A program made the translations under genes and the position numbers. From positions 32,001 to 96,000 of the forward strand of contig JBAXAI010000006.1 of assembly GCA_037142615.1 (NCBI GenBank): a stretch of 64,000 nucleotides of DNA, in the 5' to 3' direction. The notes under the pieces were generated by a model. It searched no databases, was not told the origin of the DNA, and saw only the letters and a program-made list of their open reading frames with translations. The stretch comes from Spirochaetales bacterium. GTDB lineage: Bacteria; Spirochaetota; Spirochaetia; JABEVK01. Numbering within the stretch: the stretch's first letter is position 1; every line of letters starts with the position of its first letter. Shown one piece after another: positions 45,487 to 54,984 of this stretch.

Positions 45487-47856
45487 ATGGAACACTCGCC
45501 TCTTCCCCCGCTGCAACTGTGCGACCAAGACTATTTTGCACTGCCTGGACTCAATGTGCTCCTGGGGCAGGACTACTATCCCGACGGCCACCAGTCGGGT
45601 CTGGTGATTCTCCAGCACGGAAAACGAGTCGCCAGCAACGGAGACCTGAGGCTCGAGACAGCCGGCGGGCAATGGCAACCCATTCCACGTCAGGTCACGC
45701 GGACCGTCAGCGAGGCCAGCCAGACCATCACCGTCACGATGGCGTACCCGGATGCCTCGCGCAACCGCACGGGCTTCAACCCGATCGAATACCCCGACCT
45801 CTCGTTCAGCTATCGCGTGTTGGTCACGGCCGAAGGGCGACGCTTTCGGGTGGGGCTCGAACTGGAAACGCCCCTTCCTTCACCGTGGGACAAGAAGGTG
45901 CGTTTCTGCCTCGAGTTGTTTCCCGGTGCCCTCTTCGGCCGCTCGTTTTGCAGCCCCGGGGGAACCGGAAGCTTCCCGCGTCAGCCGAACGGACCTTTCG
46001 CGCCCGACAGCCAGGGGGAACGGCACCTCTCGCCCCTCGCAAAGGGCGCGTGGCTGGTAGTGGCTCCCGAGACCCCTTGCCAGCGCCTGCGCATCGAAGC
46101 GGTAACGGGAGGGGAACTGACCCTGGTCGATGGCCGCGAACGGCACAACAACGGGTGGTTTGTCGTGCAGGCTGAACTGGCAACGGGGAAGGCCGGTCGC
46201 GTCCTGGAGTGGCTGGTTGACGTTTCGGCCGACCCGAGCTTTCGCGCCCCCGCAACCGTTCAGATCAATCAGGTCGGCTACAAACCCCAGGGAGAAAAAA
46301 GGGTCGTCGTGGAGCTGGATCCTCTGGACCTTCCCCTGCAGCCCGTGCGCGTCGAAAGGGTGCTGCCCTCGGGCGAGCGGCAGGTCGTAGCTCAAGGCGG
46401 GCAAAGTTGGGGAATGTTCCTGCGCAGCCGGTACCTGACCTTCGACTTCAGCGCGGTGAATGAACCCGGAACCTACCTGGCTGCCTACGGAGACACCGAG
46501 GCTGGGCCGTTCCAGATCGGTGACGAGGTGTACGCCAGGCACGTCTGGCAGCCGACGCTGGAATACTTCCTTCCGGTGCAGATGTGCCATATGCGGGTAG
46601 ACGACGGCTATCGCGTTTGGCATGGGGCCTGCCATCGCTCCGATGCCCTGATGGCCCCGCCGGGCCTACAGCACTTCGACGGCTATCGGCAGGGTCCGAC
46701 CACGCTCTGCGCGGCCAAGGGCGGCGAAAAACTCCGCGGACTGAACGAGGGCGGCTGGCACGATGCGGGAGACTTCGACCTGAGGTTGGAAAGTCAGGCC
46801 GAAACGGTCCGTGGCTTGGCGTTGGCCAGGGAACTGTTCGGTGCCGAGCTCGACAGCACGACGGTGGACTGGGCCCACCATGTTGTCACCCTGCGTCGTC
46901 CGGATGGGACGCCCGATATCCTGGAGCAGATCGAGCACGGACTGAAGTCCCTGTTGGGGGGCTGGAAGGCGCTGGGACGACCTTATCGCGGCATCATCGA
47001 AGCCTCCTTGCAGGACTACGTCCTCTTGGGCGACCCGGTGAATCACGAACAACCTCGCTTGGTCTTTACGGAAGAGCAACCTCACCACGAGGCGCTGATG
47101 GGAGCAGCCCTGGCCGCGGCAAGCCGGGTGATGGTTCATCGCCCGGCCTTGGCTCGGGAATGTCTGGACGTCGCCTGGCGTCTGTGGGAGCGCCTGGCCA
47201 CAGCGGAGGCCCAGGCCAAGCTCGTCCTTGCCGTGGAACTCCTGCAGTGCGAGGGGCCAAGTGCCCGGGGACTTCTGCTCGCGAAGTTCCTTTCCGAGCA
47301 GAAGTCCTTGGTCTCGACTTCCTTCGATCAGGTGGGTTGGCTGATGGTCCGTGTTCTGGATCAGGTCGAGCAGGCTGGTTTCGAGTTTCGCCGCTGGGTG
47401 ACCGAGGCGGCCCGCCTTCATCGCGACACGCTAGCCCGGAGTGCCGACACCACCCCGTATGGCATTCCCTACCGTCCGAATATCTGGGGCGCCGGCTGGC
47501 AGATCCAGAACTTCGGCATGCAGCAGGTGTTCCTGCACCTCGCGCTTCCCGAGCTCTTCGATTCCCGAAGTGTGTATCGGGCGCTGGACTTCATCTTGGG
47601 TTGCCATCCGGGTGCCAACAACGCCTCTTTTGTTTCGGGAGTCGGCGCGAAGTCGGTCACCACCGCTTACGGCCTCAACCGCGCCGACGCGGGGTGTATT
47701 CCCGGTGGTGCGGTGTCGGGCACGGCGCTGATCCGGCCCGACTTCCCCGAACTTTTGGACTGGCCCTACCTGTGGCAGCAGACTGAATACGTGCTCGGAG
47801 CCGGCACCACGGACTGGCTGCTGCTGGCGCTGGCGGCCGACAAGCTGGGCCGCTAG
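45487..47856 (+). CDS. GH9 glycoside hydrolase with N-terminal extra domain and Ig-like domain (no signal peptide)
   Basis: INQVGY Ig-like motif, QMCH, GGWHDAGD catalytic motif, C-terminal WQQTEYV. Confidence 0.8.
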   Translation: MEHSPLPPLQLCDQDYFALPGLNVLLGQDYYPDGHQSGLVILQHGKRVASNGDLRLETAGGQWQPIPRQVTRTVSEASQTITVTMAYPDASRNRTGFNPIEYPDLSFSYRVLVTAEGRRFRVGLELETPLPSPWDKKVRFCLELFPGALFGRSFCSPGGTGSFPRQPNGPFAPDSQGERHLSPLAKGAWLVVAPETPCQRLRIEAVTGGELTLVDGRERHNNGWFVVQAELATGKAGRVLEWLVDVSADPSFRAPATVQINQVGYKPQGEKRVVVELDPLDLPLQPVRVERVLPSGERQVVAQGGQSWGMFLRSRYLTFDFSAVNEPGTYLAAYGDTEAGPFQIGDEVYARHVWQPTLEYFLPVQMCHMRVDDGYRVWHGACHRSDALMAPPGLQHFDGYRQGPTTLCAAKGGEKLRGLNEGGWHDAGDFDLRLESQAETVRGLALARELFGAELDSTTVDWAHHVVTLRRPDGTPDILEQIEHGLKSLLGGWKALGRPYRGIIEASLQDYVLLGDPVNHEQPRLVFTEEQPHHEALMGAALAAASRVMVHRPALARECLDVAWRLWERLATAEAQAKLVLAVELLQCEGPSARGLLLAKFLSEQKSLVSTSFDQVGWLMVRVLDQVEQAGFEFRRWVTEAARLHRDTLARSADTTPYGIPYRPNIWGAGWQIQNFGMQQVFLHLALPELFDSRSVYRALDFILGCHPGANNASFVSGVGAKSVTTAYGLNRADAGCIPGGAVSGTALIRPDFPELLDWPYLWQQTEYVLGAGTTDWLLLALAADKLGR

Positions 47857-47869
47857 ACTCGACCTACCG

Positions 47870-49507
47870 CTAGTCGAGCCCGGCGAGAACAAACACCAAA
47901 GGCGTGTTCCAGTAGATGGCGACTTCGTTCGTTGAATAGCTCCCCGCGTCGTCGATCCAACTTCGAGCGGGTGCGGCCCCCGACCGCTGGTCGCGGACCA
48001 AGGAATCTTCCAGGTTCCGGTTGGGCCCCCCCGACACCATTCCGGGAACAGGGCGGAAAACGCCCGCCGCAACCGAAGGGCGGTGGTGCGGGTTGAGCAC
48101 GGGCCAGGCACCAAAGCCGGTCACGAAACTCTGCCCAACCGCGTTCCTCCCAAAAAGGGAATGCAGGTTTTCCAAGGCCGCGTCGAGGGGTTGGCGTGGG
48201 TCCAGCCGATGAGCCACGGCGAGGAGCATGGCGTGGTCCATCAACGTCATGTTGCTGCCCCAATGGAAGTAACCGGGGCTCATCGTGGTCAAGTCGGGGG
48301 CGGAAAGCGAGCCCTGCTGAAGCTCGGCCAGTCGACCGTCAAACAACTTCTGGGCCCTGGTACGCGTCGCGGCATCCAACTTCGTGTCGGCAAGCAGCAC
48401 CCCGACAACGCTGAACAGCCCGGTTTGGGCCCAGCCGAACGCATCGGCGCGCAGCGAGCGGGAACTCACGCCCAAGCGGACAGCCGTGGCGAAGGTCGCC
48501 TCGCCGGTGGCGCGAAACAGCTCGGTGTTCATCCAAAGTCCTTCGTCGCTGCCGTCGCCGTCGCCGTACTCGCCCGTTTGAATCCCGGGCGGGTTCACAA
48601 ACCCTTGGAACGCGTGGGCGCGAGTCCAACGTTCGGCGCTCCGCGCGGCCTTCAAGCAGCGCTCAGCAAAGGCCTTGTCAGTCGCTCGGTAGAGCCGCGA
48701 GCCGGCTGCCATCACGGCGGCAAAATCGGCCGTGGCTGTCCACGACACGGGCGATACGACTTGGGTCGAGAAGTCGAAGTCAGGAGCCACGTCGAGGCCA
48801 GGGAAGTTGCGGCTCGTGAGCTTGTGGTACACCCCGCCGGTGCCGGTGTCTTGCATCTTGAGCAGCCATTCCAGCTCGTAGCGGGCCTCGTCGAGCAAGC
48901 CCGGTGCCTTGCCTGGCCAAAGTTCTTCCGCCAGCAGCAGGTGACCCACGGCAACCGCCCCGGGCACCACGTACCGGCCGTAGTCACCGGCGTCGTGCCA
49001 GCCGCCCTCGGCCAGCAAGGTGCGGTCGCTGCCCAAGATCTCGGCCGGTCCCAAGTGGCAGGCCGCGTGGGCGAAGTCGCCGGCAAAGGCGGCCTCGAGC
49101 TCGGTTCCGCAGCGCTGGTAGTGGAGCATCGCCAAAGCCGCGGCACCCACCTCGCGGTACACGGCAGGGTCGATACGGAAGGGTACCGACCGGTGGCCGC
49201 TGTCGGTCACCAGCACGTAGGTGCCCGGCACCTTTAGCGAACTGAAGTCGAGCCGGCGAAGCGAAGTTTGGCTGTTGGGGTCGTAGGAGGCCACTCCCGC
49301 AGTACCGGTAATGGCCACCTTTCCAGCGGTATCGAGAAGCTGGAAGCTTGAAACGGTTGTTTCCGCCAGCGCGATCTTCGCGTCGCCCGGACGATAACCA
49401 AGCTGATCGACCCAGAGCACGGGGTCGTGTTCGCCCTCCCCGGTCTGCGCCTCACCCCAAGAGCCCGCGAGCAGCAACAAGCCAACCAACCAACACCACT
49501 TCTTCAT
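47870..49507 (-). CDS. Secreted GH9 endoglucanase (CelD-type, Ig-like + catalytic domain)
   Basis: Signal peptide; VDQLGY, YQRCG, GGWHDAGDYGRY, HHRPS, YSTNEVAIYWN. Confidence 0.92.
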   Translation of the reverse strand: MKKWCWLVGLLLLAGSWGEAQTGEGEHDPVLWVDQLGYRPGDAKIALAETTVSSFQLLDTAGKVAITGTAGVASYDPNSQTSLRRLDFSSLKVPGTYVLVTDSGHRSVPFRIDPAVYREVGAAALAMLHYQRCGTELEAAFAGDFAHAACHLGPAEILGSDRTLLAEGGWHDAGDYGRYVVPGAVAVGHLLLAEELWPGKAPGLLDEARYELEWLLKMQDTGTGGVYHKLTSRNFPGLDVAPDFDFSTQVVSPVSWTATADFAAVMAAGSRLYRATDKAFAERCLKAARSAERWTRAHAFQGFVNPPGIQTGEYGDGDGSDEGLWMNTELFRATGEATFATAVRLGVSSRSLRADAFGWAQTGLFSVVGVLLADTKLDAATRTRAQKLFDGRLAELQQGSLSAPDLTTMSPGYFHWGSNMTLMDHAMLLAVAHRLDPRQPLDAALENLHSLFGRNAVGQSFVTGFGAWPVLNPHHRPSVAAGVFRPVPGMVSGGPNRNLEDSLVRDQRSGAAPARSWIDDAGSYSTNEVAIYWNTPLVFVLAGLD

Positions 49508-49522
49508 CAAGGGCCTCCCCAC

Positions 49523-49553
49523 AAAAAAAGTCCCGGGGCGTCTGCCCCGGGAC
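49523..49553 (-). terminator. Intrinsic terminator/stabilising hairpin after the SBP gene
   Basis: GTCCCGGGGC-AGAC-GCCCCGGGAC followed by T7 on the minus strand. Confidence 0.8.
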
Positions 49554-49582
49554 CAACTCAACTCAAATCAACTCACGTGAGC

Positions 49583-51052
49583 TTAGTACTTCACCTTGTT
49601 CGCGGCCAGCCAAGCATCGTACTGCTTCTGGGCCTCGGCCAAAACCTTGTCGATACCCGAAGCCTTGAACTTGGTCAGGGCCTTAGGCAGTTCTACGGCC
49701 GGATCCACCGAACCGGTTTCCAGGCCAGGCATGAACTCGGCCCACACATTCTTGATGGCCGTGACTTCGTTCTTCACCTTCGAGATGTCGAAGTCGAAAC
49801 CCAGGCTCTTGAGGGGCAGCGACTTGGCGTTGTAGTCCAAGAACAACTGGGCCTTCTTCGGATTTTCCGAAATGTCCAGGTAGTTGACGAACGTGTTGCC
49901 GAACATCCAAGGGGTTCCCACGTTGTACTTTTCTTTGTCGGGACCGGCAGTGATCATCGGCACGCCGGTGGCGTCCTTCTTGTCGGACTTGACGTAGTGC
50001 TTGCCCTCAATACCCCAGTTGATCAGGTTGTTGAAGTACGGGTCGGTATTGAACAGCTCCAGAACCTGAAGCGCCATCGCGGGATTCTTCGAGGTACGGC
50101 TGATGGCCTGCAACGAGCCAATGGTCTCGCGGTTGGTCATGACGACGGGGGTGATATCAATCTGAGTCCACTGCTGGCCCGTGCTCATGGTCATTTCGGC
50201 GTCCTTGCCGGGCTTCAGTGACTTGATCGCGGCGAAAATCTTGCCGGCCTTTTCGTCGGCGTTGAAGTCGGTCACAGCGGCCGAGTCCTTGCGGGTGTAC
50301 CCTGCCACGTAGAACTTGTGCATGGTGTTGTACAAGGCCTTGGCTTCGGCGGTTGCGGGCAGGAACACAACGGTCTTCGAACTGTTGTCGTTCTTCAACC
50401 CGACGCCCAGGTTGTCGTCGGCAAAGTTGTCGAGGTCCAAGCCACGGGCAGGGTTTTCACCCACAATGCCTTCCAGCGGATAAACTTGGGGTTCCTTGTC
50501 CTTGATCACCTTGAGCAGGGGTTCGATGTCTTCGAACTTCTTGATCTTGGAAATGTCCAGGTTGTACTTCTTGACCAGGTCGGAGCGGATCAGGAAGCCC
50601 CAGTTGTGGGCCTTTTCCTTGTTGGCGGGGATGCCGTACATCTTGCCGTCAATCGCCGAACCGCTGATGAAGGCGTCACCGAGGGCGGCGACCGTCTTGG
50701 GGGCGTACTGACGCGACAGTTTGGTGATGTCCAAGAAGGCACCGCGCTGGGCATTGAGCCGGAAGTTGTTCGTCCAGCTTGCCGTGAAGCTAATGTCGAA
50801 AGGTTGCTGCGAGGCGATGATCTGCTGCAGCTTTCCGTCGTAGGTTCCCCAGTCAAAGGTGACCAGCTTGAGAGTCGCATCGAGACCTTTCTCGGCGAGG
50901 TACTTGTTGGCGGCCTCGGTAACCGCCTGGATGTCGGGCGGGGTCCCGTTGCCGATGACGTACCACGTCACTTCGTAGGGGGCCGCCACTGCAGGCAGCG
51001 CCATGGTCAGGCTCAACGCGAGCACCGACAGGAGTGTAAGCATCTTCTTCAT
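49583..51052 (-). CDS. Oligosaccharide ABC substrate-binding protein (LplA/DUF3502 type)
   Basis: Signal peptide; NLINWGIEGKHY, LGFDFD, KASGIDKVLAEAQKQYDAW C-terminus. Confidence 0.9.
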   Translation of the reverse strand: MKKMLTLLSVLALSLTMALPAVAAPYEVTWYVIGNGTPPDIQAVTEAANKYLAEKGLDATLKLVTFDWGTYDGKLQQIIASQQPFDISFTASWTNNFRLNAQRGAFLDITKLSRQYAPKTVAALGDAFISGSAIDGKMYGIPANKEKAHNWGFLIRSDLVKKYNLDISKIKKFEDIEPLLKVIKDKEPQVYPLEGIVGENPARGLDLDNFADDNLGVGLKNDNSSKTVVFLPATAEAKALYNTMHKFYVAGYTRKDSAAVTDFNADEKAGKIFAAIKSLKPGKDAEMTMSTGQQWTQIDITPVVMTNRETIGSLQAISRTSKNPAMALQVLELFNTDPYFNNLINWGIEGKHYVKSDKKDATGVPMITAGPDKEKYNVGTPWMFGNTFVNYLDISENPKKAQLFLDYNAKSLPLKSLGFDFDISKVKNEVTAIKNVWAEFMPGLETGSVDPAVELPKALTKFKASGIDKVLAEAQKQYDAWLAANKVKY

Positions 51053-51116
51053 TTCGTTCTCCTCAAAGACTTTTTTTCACACGCAACGCGTGCTGGAAGC
51101 CAAATCAGGGTGCGCT

Positions 51117-52013
51117 CTATTCCTTGAGCGAACCAATCGTGATGCCCTGGACGAAGAACCGTTGAAAGAACGGGTACGCCAGGACAATCGGCCCAATCGC
51201 GATAACGGTCATCGCCATTTGGGCCGAACGGGACGGGAGATTGCGGGCCACTTCGGCCGCAGCGGTTCCCAGGTTGCCGGCGTTGGCCGACAAGTACTGG
51301 ATGTTCGCCTGCACGCGGTACATCAGGAACTGCAGGTTGAACAGGTTGGGGTCGTTGATCAGCGTCATGTTGATCCAGTAGTCGTTCCAGTAAACGATGG
51401 TGTTGAACAAGGCGATGGTGGCCATGCCGGGGGCTGCCAACTGAATCACGATCCGAAAGAAGATCCTCAACTCGCCGGCGCCGTCCATCTTGGCCGACTC
51501 GATGATGGAATCGGGAATGCTGGACTTGAAGAACGTACGCATGATGACCACGTACCAGGGACTCATCAGGTAAGGCAGGATCAGCGCGAGGATGGTGTCG
51601 TTGATGTGAAGGATGTTCACGCACACGATGAACCAGGGAATCAGCCCGCCGCTGAACAGCAAGGTCAGCACAATCGCGCCATTGAACACCTTGCGGGGCC
51701 CAAAGTCTTTTCGCGAAAGGGGATACGCAAACATGGCGATCATCATGGTGCTCAAAATAGTCCCGATGATGGTAACGAAGATCGTGAGCAAGTAGGCGCG
51801 GATCACCGTGTCGGCTGAAGTGAACAGGAACTCGTAGGCCCGGGTGCTGATCTTGGTCGGAAAGATGCTGAAGCCGTTGCGGGCGATTTCCAGTTCATCC
51901 GAAAAAGAGATGCCCAGGACCAGCAAGAGAGGATAGATGCATAGTGCGCAGAGAAAAACAAACAAGCTGTGTTTGAGGATGGTCGGCGGTTCGATCTTCT
52001 TGAAGCTCTTCAT
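51117..52013 (-). CDS. Oligosaccharide ABC permease (LplC type)
   Basis: AYPLSR, LFSGGLIP, ESAKMDGAGE, YPFFQRFFV.GITIGSLKE. Confidence 0.92.
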   Translation of the reverse strand: MKSFKKIEPPTILKHSLFVFLCALCIYPLLLVLGISFSDELEIARNGFSIFPTKISTRAYEFLFTSADTVIRAYLLTIFVTIIGTILSTMMIAMFAYPLSRKDFGPRKVFNGAIVLTLLFSGGLIPWFIVCVNILHINDTILALILPYLMSPWYVVIMRTFFKSSIPDSIIESAKMDGAGELRIFFRIVIQLAAPGMATIALFNTIVYWNDYWINMTLINDPNLFNLQFLMYRVQANIQYLSANAGNLGTAAAEVARNLPSRSAQMAMTVIAIGPIVLAYPFFQRFFVQGITIGSLKE

Positions 52014-52024
52014 AGGTTTTCCTG

Positions 52025-52942
52025 CTAAAAAAGGCTCTTGTCGGGGTCGATGCGCTTGACCACCACGTTGGCAAGGATGACGACCACGCAACCGACAACC
52101 GACTGGTACAAGCCGGCGGCCGAGGACATTCCGATGTCGCCCATGTTCATCAGGGTGCGGTACACATAGGTGTCGATGGTCTGGGTTGTGGGGAACAGCG
52201 AGCCCATGTTGAGCGTGACGTTGTAGAACAGCCCGAAATCCGAGAAGAAGATGCGACCCACCTGCAGCAGGACCATGATGACAACCACGTTGGCAATGAG
52301 CGGCAAGATGATGCGGCGCACGATCTGCAGGCGCGTGGCCCCCTCGAGCGAAGCCGCCTCAATGAAGCCAGGGTCGATGCTCATCATCGCTGCCAAGTAG
52401 ATGACGCTCGTGTAGCCGACGTACTTCCACAGGTTGGCAAAGGTCAGGATGAACGGCCACAATTCCGGGCGCTGATACCACATGATCTCGGGTTGGCCCA
52501 GGGGCTTCATCACTTGAAGATTCAGTACGCCCTGGTCGACCGAAAGCAGGGCAAAAACAAGGTTGCTGATCACGACCCACGACAGGAAGTAGGGAAGAAA
52601 CATCACCGCCTGATAAAACCGGGTGGCCTTGCGGGCCCGAAGCCCCTCCAAACCCAAAGCAACTGCCAGAGCGCAAGCCGTCCCGATGATGATGAACACG
52701 ACGTTGTAGGCAATCGTGTTGAAGGTGATTGTCCAGGCGTCGGGGGTGGTCATGAAGAACTGAAAGTTGTCGAAGCCCGCCCAGTCGCTGCCGAAGATCC
52801 CTTTTTCGTAGTCAATGTTCTTAAAGGCGATGAAAATCCCGAACATCGGCAGAATACTGAACGCGAACAGCGCCAGCGACCCAGGAAGCATCATGACCAT
52901 CAGGCCCCAGTTGACCGGCTTCTTCCGCTTGGTGATTGTCAA
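52025..52942 (-). CDS. Oligosaccharide ABC permease (LplB type)
   Basis: TTG start with AAGGAGG; LPYFLSWV, EAASLEGA, IDTYVYR, AAGLYQSVVG. Confidence 0.92.
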   Translation of the reverse strand: MTITKRKKPVNWGLMVMMLPGSLALFAFSILPMFGIFIAFKNIDYEKGIFGSDWAGFDNFQFFMTTPDAWTITFNTIAYNVVFIIIGTACALAVALGLEGLRARKATRFYQAVMFLPYFLSWVVISNLVFALLSVDQGVLNLQVMKPLGQPEIMWYQRPELWPFILTFANLWKYVGYTSVIYLAAMMSIDPGFIEAASLEGATRLQIVRRIILPLIANVVVIMVLLQVGRIFFSDFGLFYNVTLNMGSLFPTTQTIDTYVYRTLMNMGDIGMSSAAGLYQSVVGCVVVILANVVVKRIDPDKSLF

Positions 52943-52964
52943 ATTGGCCTCCTTCTTCCCGCCC

Positions 52965-53164
52965 AGCTTAGCACGGTCCGGTATATTGTCAATCTGTTTT
53001 CTAAGTTACTTGCAAAACTAAACATCAACACCGTGTCCACTCCATTCGGTCGATCCGCTTTGCACCAGATTTCGAGACCATCCTAGCACGGACTTCCGTA
53101 ATGTCAATAGGTTTTATAAGTTTCTTGCGTAACCGATTGACAAGTCGTCAGACTGGCGTAAGAT
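52965..53164. promoter_or_regulatory. Two tandem leftward promoters and one rightward promoter, with ROK operators at 52996-53018 and 53111-53133
   Basis: (-) TTGACA-N16-TAAGCT and TTGACA-N16-TAGGAT, both with extended TG; (+) TTGACA-N16-TAAGAT; each -35 lies 3 bp from an operator. Confidence 0.75.
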
Positions 53165-53195
53165 GGACACAGCGGGAAACCGCCGAGGAGAAGTA

Positions 53196-53900
53196 ATGGG
53201 AAACTTTCAGGGAAGGCGCATCGTTCTGACAGGTGCGACACGAGGGGTCGGTTTTGAGTCGGCCAAACTGTTCTTGGCGGCGGGTGCCCACGTTTTGGGA
53301 ACCGGCCGTGATGCGGCGCGGCTCGAAAAGTCCACCGCAGAACTGTCAAAGTTGGGGACCTTTCACCCTTGCCTGGCCGACTTCGACGATCCGACCGCAC
53401 CGGAAACCGTCGCCAAGTCGGCCCGCAAGCTGTGGCCAGCGGTCGACCTGCTCATCAACAATGCGGCGGTACAAACCTACAAGGCTGGCTGGGCCGACGA
53501 GGGCCTGGAACTGCTCGACCATCAGTGGCGCTGCAACGTGTTTGCGCCGCACGAGCTGACTTTCCGCCTTGTCGAGCTGCTGGAAAAGGGAGACCAACCC
53601 CGAATTGTCAATGTGAGCTCGGGGGCCGGCACGCTGAGCGCGCTCAAAGCGTCGAAAGATATGCCGACTTACCGGCTTACCAAGTACGCTCTGGGCGGTG
53701 TGACGATTCTGTGGGCCAATCAGCTCCAGGGAAAAGTATCGGTGAACTGCTTGGACCCCGGGTGGTTGAAGACAGACCTGGGTGGTCCGAACGCACCGGG
53801 CGAACCCGCCGATGGGGGCCGAAGGATGTGGGAGGTTTGCTCCCTTCCGTGGTCAACCACCGGACGGTTCTACAGCGGCGACAGGGAGCTCGAGTTTTGA
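53196..53900 (+). CDS. Short-chain dehydrogenase/reductase
   Basis: TGATRGVG, INNAA, NVSS, YRLTK, DPGWLKTDLGG. Confidence 0.92.
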   Translation: MGNFQGRRIVLTGATRGVGFESAKLFLAAGAHVLGTGRDAARLEKSTAELSKLGTFHPCLADFDDPTAPETVAKSARKLWPAVDLLINNAAVQTYKAGWADEGLELLDHQWRCNVFAPHELTFRLVELLEKGDQPRIVNVSSGAGTLSALKASKDMPTYRLTKYALGGVTILWANQLQGKVSVNCLDPGWLKTDLGGPNAPGEPADGGRRMWEVCSLPWSTTGRFYSGDRELEF

Positions 53901-54367
53901 CCGCCCCCTCGACCTTCCTGGCCTGCCTGGCCGAAGAAAACGAACTGCTGCTGGACTCCTTCACGGCCCAGGAGGCCCTCGAGCTGGGGCTGAAGGTGCT
54001 GGACGTCGCCCGTGAAATGACCAGCAAACCGGTGGCCATTCACATCGACAACCTGCAGCATCCACTGTTCACGCACTTCATGGACGGCACCGGCACAGGC
54101 AACTGGGATTGGGTAGGCAAAAAGCGCCGGGTGGTGCGCGAGTTTGGGCACTCGTCGTGGGGCGTGGGGCTGGACTTCCGCGAAAAGGGGCTCACGTTTG
54201 CCACCGAAACGGGCCTGGACCCCGACCGCTACCGTGCCGAAGGCGGCTCGATTCCGCTTCACCTCCGCGACGGAAAGTGCGTGGGGAGCCTGACCATTTC
54301 GGGTCTGGAAGGCTTTGAGGACCATGCCGTGGCCGTGGCAGGGCTGCGCCGCTGGTTGGGAAGGTAG
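53897..54367 (+). CDS. Heme-binding GlcG/HbpS-like (UPF0303) protein
   Basis: TTG overlapping the SDR stop; 'FTAQEALELG', 'N.DW..KK..VV..F.HSS', 'GGSIP', 'ISGL..FEDH'. Confidence 0.8.
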   Translation: MTAPSTFLACLAEENELLLDSFTAQEALELGLKVLDVAREMTSKPVAIHIDNLQHPLFTHFMDGTGTGNWDWVGKKRRVVREFGHSSWGVGLDFREKGLTFATETGLDPDRYRAEGGSIPLHLRDGKCVGSLTISGLEGFEDHAVAVAGLRRWLGR

Positions 54368-54369
54368 CC

Positions 54370-54984
54370 GTGCCTGAACTCCTCATTTTCGGTCGAACCG
54401 AGGGGGCACCCTACCATCCTCTCGAGCCCCTCAAGGACGACCTGCTGTCTCTGTTCGGAGGCAAACAGCAAGCCGAGTGCACAGAGTCACCGGGGCGGCT
54501 CAACGATCTAGCGACCTCGGGCGTGAAAACGTTGGTCGCCCTCGACGACAACTGGAACGAGCCCCTCGACGTGACAGCCCTGTTTTCTGTGGAGCGCTGG
54601 GTCAGAAAAGGGGGGAACCTGCTGGTGATCCACAACGGCATTTGCTGGGCGCGTCACCGTCGCTGGAAGTCCCTTGCTGCGGCGAGCTTTGTGGGCCACG
54701 AACCCGCCAAGCTTCTGACCTTCGGGCGCCCGGACGGCACCCACTTCGAGCTCTTCGAGGAGCCCTACCGCTTTTCGTTTGCCCGCGGGAAAGCCAAGAC
54801 GGTCTTGGCAACCTACCGCGATGAGGGCAAGGACTGGCCCGCCGCGTGGTTCTGCCCCGTCGGCAAAGGAAGAATCACCTACGCGCTGCCTGGCCACTTT
54901 CCAACCGCGTTCCAAGTGCCGCTCTATCGCAACTGGCTGAAGGAGTGGGCAACGCCCGCCCCGGATGAAGGGGCCTCCCTTTGA
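54370..54984 (+). CDS. ThuA-like (class I glutamine-amidotransferase fold) protein
   Basis: YHP, GGNLLVIHNG, FVGH, EEPY, PAAW...GKGRITY..PGH. Confidence 0.75.
   Translation: MPELLIFGRTEGAPYHPLEPLKDDLLSLFGGKQQAECTESPGRLNDLATSGVKTLVALDDNWNEPLDVTALFSVERWVRKGGNLLVIHNGICWARHRRWKSLAAASFVGHEPAKLLTFGRPDGTHFELFEEPYRFSFARGKAKTVLATYRDEGKDWPAAWFCPVGKGRITYALPGHFPTAFQVPLYRNWLKEWATPAPDEGASL

Noticed and set aside
53369-54367. Apparent N-terminal extensions or fusions in the ORF track (also 9564-11537, 11396-12940, 22389-23645, 36975-38876, 43130-44893)
   Set aside because: Upstream in-frame starts overlap neighbouring genes; the true starts are downstream, with an RBS or stop-start coupling.
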